A stretch of 64,000 bases of DNA from IMG/VR virus record IMGVR_UViG_2602042090_000006, positions 1 to 64,000 of that record. The stretch is one strand, 5' to 3'. The notes below the pieces were generated by a model, which was not told the DNA's origin, searched no databases, and worked only from the letters and a program-made list of their open reading frames with translations. This DNA comes from a virus. Taxonomy: Duplodnaviria > Caudoviricetes. Shown here piece by piece: positions 1 through 8,300 of the stretch. Every line of letters begins with the position of its first letter. The stretch's first letter is position 1. Made by a program: the position numbers and the translations under genes.

Positions 1-369
1 CTACGGCTTCATTACCCGATCACACTCGTAGGCGAAGGACGCAAGCTCCCTTCGTGATGATGGGTCCGTCACAGCCTCGATCATCCGTCGGCCATTGGTC
101 TGGATAGTGACAATCACCCCCTGGAACTGCGTCTCGCAATAGACACCCTTGGCGATAGTCCTGCATGGCAGAGACTGGCGCGGTGAGCGTTTGCCGTTCA
201 GCGTCCCGGATACTGTCATGGATTTCGGCTTTAATTCGACGTGGCGCGTTGCTTTCACGAGTTGCCCATTCAGATGTCCGCCGATCGAGCGGCACTCGGC
301 CGCTGCGGCTCCTGAAGCAACAGCGCAAAATACGACGAGCCCAATACCCATTCCCATGATGCCGTTCAT
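1..369 (-). CDS. Small exported protein (terminal accessory gene)
   Basis: Hydrophobic N-terminus ending in AAA-E, four Cys in the mature part; ATGA overlap with the methylase stop. Confidence 0.7.
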   Translation of the reverse strand: MNGIMGMGIGLVVFCAVASGAAAAECRSIGGHLNGQLVKATRHVELKPKSMTVSGTLNGKRSPRQSLPCRTIAKGVYCETQFQGVIVTIQTNGRRMIEAVTDPSSRRELASFAYECDRVMKP

Positions 370-1181
370 CTGCCGCTCCGTCTGTGAACAATCAACTCGC
401 GAGCAGCTGTACCTTTGCCGCCGGCAACCGAGTAGAGCAGATCCACATCCACGAGGTCAAATGCAGCAAATAGTTCGCGCGTCTGCGGAACGTCGTTAAT
501 CGATAGGACGAAATTCCCCTTCAGCCTACCCAGCCGTTCGGCCATCACCTCAAACTGATCACGACCGAACAGAGCGGCGCCATAGTCACCCTCGCTGCCG
601 AAGTATGGCGGGTCGAGATAAAAGAGCGCGCCCGGCAGATCATACCGATCGATGAAGGCCAGCCAGTCGAGGTTCTCGATCACCACACGGGCAAGCCGCT
701 CGTGCACGTCCTCGAGGACAGGTGCAAGGCGCGTGAGATTGAACCGAGAGCCGCCCTCGTGCACCACCCCGAACGTCTGACCGGATACCTTGCCGCCGAA
801 GGCAAGCTTCTGGAGATAGATGAAGCGCGCTGCGCGTTCGAGGTCCGTCAGCGTGGAGGGGTCACACGCCTTCAAGCGCTCGAACTCGCGACGGCTGGTG
901 ATCTGGAATTTGAGGCAATCCATGAACTGCGGATAGTGCCGTTGAAGGATGCGAAACAGGTTCACGACGTCCCCGTTTCTGTCGTTGATGACCTCGTGGC
1001 GAGGCGCCGATCGGCGACGGAAGAAAACGCCGCCCATACCGACAAAGGGCTCGGCGTAGGTCATGTGCGGGATGTTGGCGATCATCTTGACCAAGCGCGG
1101 CGCCAAGGTCCGTTTCCCACCGATCCACGCGGCCGGCGGCTGGGTATTAACTACGTCTCTAAAGCCGTCTTCAAAGGGCAT
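366..1181 (-). CDS. D12-class N6-adenine DNA methyltransferase (mom position)
   Basis: WIGGK N-terminal motif, motif I EPFVGMGG, catalytic DPPY. Confidence 0.93.
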   Translation of the reverse strand: MPFEDGFRDVVNTQPPAAWIGGKRTLAPRLVKMIANIPHMTYAEPFVGMGGVFFRRRSAPRHEVINDRNGDVVNLFRILQRHYPQFMDCLKFQITSRREFERLKACDPSTLTDLERAARFIYLQKLAFGGKVSGQTFGVVHEGGSRFNLTRLAPVLEDVHERLARVVIENLDWLAFIDRYDLPGALFYLDPPYFGSEGDYGAALFGRDQFEVMAERLGRLKGNFVLSINDVPQTRELFAAFDLVDVDLLYSVAGGKGTAARELIVHRRSGR

Positions 1182-1201
1182 TTAAAAGGTTCTCAGAATC
1201 A

Positions 1202-1357
1202 TGTCACAGAGGGCTGCCTCGAAAGAGGTCTGGGTGTGACAGTTATCCGTAATCGCTGTCGGAAGGGTCTCGCGTCGAAACTAGGCCCGTCCTCGGAGGC
1301 TTGCCTCCGGCACCTGGTGCTTGGCTCGCGGAGATCCATCTGAGATCTCCGCAAGCC
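1202..1357. ncRNA. Candidate structured RNA/leader upstream of the methyltransferase
   Basis: Five adjacent hairpins, retained in the second copy (45841..45996). Confidence 0.5.
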
Positions 1358-1371
1358 GTGTCGCTGAGGTA

Positions 1372-1656
1372 TCAGTTGATCGTCTGTTCCGCTGTCTCTT
1401 GCACAACCGGCTCGGCCGCGACCGCCGCTTCCGGCCGGTTCGGGTTGAGCTTGCGATCGACATATTCAGGCTCGTACTTCTGGAGCAGGGCATAGGCCTC
1501 CGTCAGCTGGGCCGAAATCGTGTCGAAGCCCTGGGCGAGCATATCGCACTCGTTCTGGAGAGCTTCGTTACGGCGCTTCATCGAGTTGATCATCATGTGC
1601 ATGCTAAGTTTCCTTGTGAGGTTGTTCTGGATGGAAAGTCGGGATCGGCGTGTCAT
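1372..1656 (-). CDS. Hypothetical phage protein (coiled-coil)
   Basis: ATGA-coupled start at 1656; nearly identical in copy 2. Confidence 0.75.
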   Translation of the reverse strand: MTRRSRLSIQNNLTRKLSMHMMINSMKRRNEALQNECDMLAQGFDTISAQLTEAYALLQKYEPEYVDRKLNPNRPEAAVAAEPVVQETAEQTIN

Positions 1657-2339
1657 TCGGCCGACCAGTTGACCTCGGCGGCTGCGGTGATGGCCTGTGC
1701 GGTTTCTGCCGCCGCAATCGCCTTTTTCGCGGCCATACGCTTGGCCTCGACGCCTGCCGAGATGTGCTGCCATCCCGTGAAGGTATCGACGATCTGCTGT
1801 GCCTTCTCAGCCTTGGTCATCCCGTCGGCTTCGGCTTCAGCCACGATGTGAGGGATATCCGCGTCCGGGACGCCGGCGAAAGCGACCTTTGCGCGAGCCT
1901 CATCGAGCTTCTGCTGATAGGCCATGATCTGACCAAAGCCCGGCGTGATGAACTGCATCCGGTATGCCTCGGCCGCGCGGTCGATCTTCACCACGGCCTC
2001 GACGCGCAGCGCCTCGATATCGACCTCAGCAGCTGGCGGGCTCCATTGGTCGATGTAGGTTTTCAGGCTGTCCGGGATTGACGGCCAAGCGTCGGCAAAG
2101 CCGTCAAAGAGGGCGTCCTCGGCCTTGGTCAACTGACCCCGCAGAGCCTCGCCGTCCGGGCCCGCCAGCTCGATCAGCATCTTGTTTGCGGTCTGATACC
2201 AGAACTCGGATGCGCTGAGGATCTGCTGTCGGCCGAGCCAGATGGCAGCGGCAACGGCCCAACGCGAGGGCTTCTTCTGTTTCAGGCTCTCAACGACGCC
2301 GTCGGCCATAGATTCATACATGCTGTCGATGCTGTACAT
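1653..2339 (-). CDS. Phage protein downstream of the tail fibre (possible fibre assembly factor)
   Basis: 228-aa ORF conserved in both copies; function inferred from position only. Confidence 0.7.
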   Translation of the reverse strand: MYSIDSMYESMADGVVESLKQKKPSRWAVAAAIWLGRQQILSASEFWYQTANKMLIELAGPDGEALRGQLTKAEDALFDGFADAWPSIPDSLKTYIDQWSPPAAEVDIEALRVEAVVKIDRAAEAYRMQFITPGFGQIMAYQQKLDEARAKVAFAGVPDADIPHIVAEAEADGMTKAEKAQQIVDTFTGWQHISAGVEAKRMAAKKAIAAAETAQAITAAAEVNWSAE

Positions 2340-2399
2340 CGGGTGCTCCGTGCTTGTTTTGGTGGGTGTGACTGGTGAAGAAATATGAGCCGGCCCTCC

Positions 2400-5300
2400 T
2401 CAAACCGACTTGTTGAGGAGCGCGCCTGCGGCGGTGCTTCTGCCAACGAGGATCGAAACGCCGGCGTCCACCGGGCGGATGCGCAGCCGGTAGCCAAAGT
2501 TGCCGGCGTTTCGGCGCATGTAGTAGAGGAACGTCGTCTTGCTGGCGTTCAGCTTGTTGAACGTAACAGTCGTCTGCGCGACCTCCTGTGCAGCTCCGCC
2601 GGCAACGACTTCATAGAGCGTCATCTCGACGTCAGTAGACGACAGTCCGCCCATGACAGTGCAGCGAAGCCTGCAATCGGCGAAGATCAGCAGACTGTCC
2701 TGGTCGGTGATGGATACGCCGACGAGGCTGTTGATCTGAACCTCGTTCGTGCCCGTGATCGTGTTGCCGTTGGTCTGCGCATCGATGTACGCCATCGACG
2801 ATGCACGGGAGGCGAGCTTGTCATATGTTACGCCACCGACCGTCAGCTTGTCCGTGCTGATCGATCCGGTCTGAAGCATCGCCGTCGTGATAGAGTTCGC
2901 TGCGATCTTGTCGGCCGTGATCCCGCCGTCAACGATCAAATCGCCACCATTGCGCTCGAAGCAGCCGACGCCGCCGAAGTAGACATTCCCACCCGTCGTG
3001 TCCCGCTGGACGAACAACTCGATAATGGCGGATGCCGCTTGTCCAGGGGAGACAAGGTTTGCAACGAGCGGCCCCGTACCGCCCGAACCCCTGTTGCCGG
3101 TATTGAGGTAGTCGACGAAGCTGGCGATGCCGCCATTGGCATCCAGCCAAAGGACGCGGATCATGGCGTTGAAGTTGTTGTTCGAGTAGACGGCCCCGGT
3201 GAACCGATAGGCCGTGCCTCCCTTGACCGGGAATGACCGGCTCTGGCAGTTCGTGTAGCCGCCAGACCCCCAAGGCCCGGCGGTAAAGGCCATGCCGTTG
3301 TAAGACTGAAAGAGGCCGTGATCGCCCCAGACGATCCACCCCGGAATGGTGCCGACCCACGCATCCGTCGTCGTCATCTGGTTGTCCGGGACCAGATTGT
3401 TAAAGTCGGTGATGACAAGCTGCTTGGCGGTGATCGATCCCGCCGCGATCTCGCGCGCGCCGAGGGTGTTTGCCTGCAGCTTATCGCCGGTGATGACACC
3501 GCCCTGGATGTTCGCCGCCACGATTGCATTCGCAGCGATCGTGCCGGCTGTCACAGCGCCAGCGCCGATCTTGCCGGCAGTGATGGCATTGGCCGCGATC
3601 TTGTCGGCGGTGATCGCGTTGGAGGCGATCTCTGTGGCGCTGATCGTGCCGACCGCGATATGGCCGGCGCCGATCGTGCGCGCATTGATCTCGTAGCCGG
3701 TGATCGTGGACGCAAGGAAGCTGTCGGCCGAGATGGTCCGGACAGCGATCTTGTCGCCCGTGATCGTGCCGCCAGCGATCTTCGCCGCCGTGATAGCATT
3801 CGCCGCCAGCTGGTTGGTGGACACCGCGCCGGCAGCGATCGTCGCTGCGGTCACGGCATTGGCCGCAATCGTGCCGGCTGTCACCGCATTGGCCGCAATC
3901 GTGCCTGCGGTGATCGCATTTGCGGCGACCTTGCCAGCGACAACCGCATTCGCAGCGATCTTGTTGGCCGTGATCGCATTGGTGACGATGTTGCCTTCCT
4001 GGATGAGGGTAACACCCGCGATAGACCAATCCGACGGCTGCGTCTGGTTTGCCCCAGCTTCAGCGAAGAAGAGGCGAGCAATCCATGTGTACGAGCCAGA
4101 CCCCGAAGCCGGTGTGTTGCCGATGACCCTGCAGAACGGTCTTGCGAAGACAGCGTCAGCTGGGGACGTGGCGATCACGAACGCGCGCGTCATGCGTTCG
4201 AGATGCTTTTCAGGGTTGGATCCAGTGTTGTTATTCCAAGCCGTAACTGCCTGGCCAACCACGGCTCCGGCAACATTGTAGAACAGGATGAACATCTGAA
4301 AGCCACCGCCACGGTGACCATTCATGTAGCAAGAGAACTCGTAGCGCTGGTTGGACTCGACGGGGTATTTTTTATCCAGATTGGTGGCTTCGGGATTTAC
4401 GGAAACCACATCCACGTACTGGTTGTTGTCGTTCCCTGTGTTGATGAGTTCAAGACCGCCGTCGATCGGAACCCACGTTGTATCGACGCGATTGATCGCC
4501 CACGTCCCGCCCATTGGGTTGGCGCGCCAACCGGTGAGGCCAGCACGGAAATCCGAGTTCTCCAAGAGGTTGGTGCCTTTGCCGACCGCGAGTTTGTCAG
4601 CGGAGATGGCGCCAGCTGCAATCTTATCAGCAACCACGGCGCCGGCGGCAATCTGCCCGGCCGTGATAGCACCGGCCGCGATCGTGCCTGTCGTGACGGC
4701 GTTCGCAGCAATGGTTCCAGCCGTGACCGCATTCGCCGCCACCGTCCCAGCAGTAACCGCGTTCGCTGCAATGTTGCCGGCAACGACGGCGCCAGCAGCA
4801 AGCTTTCCCGCCTCAACCGAACCGCCCGAGATTTTTACGGCAGTTATCGCGTTCGCTGCGATCTGGTTTGCAGTGACCGCGTTTGCCGCAATTTGGTTCG
4901 CCGTGACGGAGTTTGCCGCCAGATGGACTGTGGAAATCGATCCATCGACGACCAGCTCGGCACCCTCCGCCTTCCGCAGAGAAATGCGATCGATGATCAG
5001 GTAGCGCGTCGTTGACGGGCTGTGGTGGTAGATCTGCACCTTGCAATAGGTGGCAGAGCCAGGGACCTGCGTCTTGCCGGAGCGCTTGTCCCAAGCGGCG
5101 GGAATGGACGCGTTCCCCTGGACGTCGGTGTACTGCGGCGACGAGAGCGCTGTCTTGTTACGATCGAACCACAGGATGCGGTAATAGAAACCGAAACCTG
5201 AAGATCCGTCAGTCGTGCGAACGGACACATCCCACGCCAGCCAGTCACCGGACGTCACCGGGATGAAGTCCTTCGTGACCATGTTCATTGAGATGGAGCC

Positions 5301-8300
5301 ACCGGACCCGCCGTTGACGCCGTTTTCCAGAACAAGCGACCACCGACCCGTTTGTGCGTCACCGACCCAGAGCCAGATATTTGCGCCGCCCGCACCGGAC
5401 CCATTGTACATCGGATAGTTGGCGTCCCAGACCGATGTGAGCGCGCCTTGCTCAAACTGACCGTCGGGAATGAAGTTCTCGAAATCCGCCAGGATTAGCT
5501 GCTTGGCCGAGATCGCGTTCGCGGCGATGTTATTGGCCACGATTGCGTCAGCGGCGATTTTTCCCGCAACCACGGCGTTTGCCGCAAGCTCATTCGCAGT
5601 GACGGCGCTGGCCGCCAGCTTTGCAGTCGTGATGGCACCGGAAGCGATTTCGGTCGCGGAGATCACGCCCGCCGCGATCTTTCCGGCGACAACCGAGTTC
5701 ACAGCCAGCTTGTCAGACGTCACCGCAAGGGCATCGAGCTTTACCGTTGTGATGGCGCCCGAAGCGATCGTTCCGGCAGTGACGGCGCCAGCAGCGAGCT
5801 TGGCCGTCTCGATCGCACCGGAGGCGATCTTCGCGGCCGTGATGGCATTGGCCGCGATCTCATTGGCCGTGACAGCATTGGCGGCGATCTTGCCAGCTAC
5901 GATGGCGCCAGCGGCGATCTTGTTCGCTGTGATCGCATTGGTGACGATATTGCCCTCAGAAATCAGGGTAAGCCCGCCCTCGCTCCAGGGCGACGGCTCC
6001 GTCTGATACTGCGTCGCCTCACCAAAAAAGAACTTGGAGAACCACGTGTAGGAGTCCGTCCCATAGGTGACGCTGTGTCCCATGCAGCGCAGGAAGATGC
6101 GGACATGCGTCGTGCCGGCCGGAGCCTGACCGACCACGAATATGCGCTCGTAGTTTGAAAGCTGGCTGCCGGGATCTGCATTCTGGTGCGTTGGCTTGTC
6201 GGCGAACGTGTAGCCGATCGTGTTGCCGCCATTGTTGAGATACTCGATGTGCAGGCGTGCGTAGTCGGATCGATGGCCGAAGACATAAACCGAAGCTTCC
6301 AGCCATGTCCCTTGAGCGACCGCCCACCGCATCGACATGGCGGTGTTGGCCGGATCGAGCGGGAAGACGTCCAGGAACTGCCCGTTGTTTTGTGCTCCGG
6401 TTTGAACCGCGCGGAACGAGCCGCCGATCGGCGAGTACTTGTCACCGCCCTTGTCGAAGACCCATGTTCCACCGGAAGCATACGTGCCCCAATTGGTGAG
6501 GTCCGCCTGGGCGTTCGAGTTGTTGATCCAGTTCGTGCCCTTGCCGACAGCGAGCTTGTCGGCCGTGATGATACCGGCCGCGAGGTTACCGGCAGAGACC
6601 GCGCTGGCTGCAATGGTGCCAGCCGTGATGGCATTCGCAGCCACGGTACCGGCAGTGACGGCGCCGGCCGCGATTGTGCCGGCCGTCACCGCGTTGGCGG
6701 CGATCTTGCCAGCAATGACGGCGTTCGCGCCGATCGTCCCGGCCGTCACGGCGCCAGCGGCAAGCTTGGCCGTCTCGATGGCGCCGGCGGCAATCTTCAC
6801 TGCGGTAATTGCGTTCGCAGCGATCGCGTCGGCCGTGACGGCATTTGCTGCAATAGCGTCGGCCGTGATGGCGTCGGCCGAAACATGACGCGCAATAATC
6901 GCGCCATCGACAATCAGGGATGCTTCCGCCATCTCGACAAGCTGGATGTCGGAAATCAACCAGTAGCCTGCGGCATCCGTTCCGGTATCCATGTAAGGAA
7001 CAGGTGTTGCCGTCTGTGTCCTGGAGCTGTCCGTCTTGAAGCGCCACTCGATCGTTTTGCCGGCAGCTGCCTGATACCCGGTGTCCGTTGCAGAAGCGAT
7101 CACGCTCCCGTTCGACGCGGAAATCGACATATCGTTGATGACAAGGGCATTGAAGTTCTTGTTGCAGCCGACGTTCTTCACGATGGCCGATGCGCGGTAC
7201 CAAGTGTCCGGCGTCAGGGGAAAACCGCGCGCGATCCAGCCGTGGATGCGCGGCCCGGCGTTCGCCGCCGCCAGAGCAGCATTGAACTTCATGGCGCCGG
7301 AAACGCGCATCGCTGCGACCTGGGCATCCGCACTGGAGACGAATGTCACGTAGGGAGCGTTCGGAGCCCAGTAACCCGGATCTCCGTAGAACCGGTCAAG
7401 AATAAGGCTTGCGCCGACTGCGTTCGCGGCGATCGACATCTTGGAAGCCGTGATCGCGTTGACGGCAATCTTATCGGCAATAATCGAATTCGCCTGCAGC
7501 TTCGGCGTCGAGATCGCGTCATCTGCGATCTTCGTGTTGGTGACGGCATTGGCAGCCAGCTTGGCAGCATCAACCGCGAGCGCCGCAAGCTTGGCATTCG
7601 AAATCGCGAGATCGGCGATCTGCGTTCCAACGAGCTGCCCTGTGACCTTGGCCGCCGCAAGCGCCGCGATCTGCGTATCGGTCAACTGGCCCGTGACCTT
7701 GCCGGCCGCGATGGCTGCGATCTGTGTGTCCGCGATCGTGCCGCTGATGTCTGGAGCCGCGACACTCGAAGTCCACGCGGACCCATCAAACCGGTAGATC
7801 TTGCTATCGGTGCTCAGAAACACGACACGGCCTGCCGTATTGCCAGACGTCGGAAGCGAGGCGACCGTTTCCACGGGCTTCAGGCCTGTGCCGAACTTCG
7901 CGGCCGTGATGGCGGCATCGGCGATTTGACTTGAGACCAGCGTGCCCGTGACCTTGGCTGCTCCGACGGCCCCGATCTGTGCATCCGTCATCTGGCCGGT
8001 CACTTTGCCGGCCGCCACTGCGGCGATCTGTGCGTCGAGGAGCGTGCCGCTAATGTCGCCGGCAGCAAGTGTAGAAACGAACGCCGTGCCATTGAACCGG
8101 TAGAGCTTGTCGTCAGTCGTGAGGAAGACGATGCGGCCTTCCGTGTTGCCGGTGGTCGGCAGAGTGCTGACAACCTCGATCGGGCGCAGGCCGGCGGCGA
8201 ACTTTGCCGTTGTGACGGCGCCGTCGCCTAGCTTTGCGGCAATGACCGATCCGTCTGCAAGTTTTGCAGCGTCTACGGCGAGAGCCGCAAGTTTGGTATT

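Noticed and set aside
366-1181. Restriction-modification system
   Set aside because: No cognate endonuclease nearby; an orphan methylase at the mom position is common in Mu-like phages
1202-1260. c-di-GMP-I riboswitch (GAAA-capped stem)
   Set aside because: The conserved GGCAAA and GACGCAAAG core elements are missing; kept only as an unclassified structure
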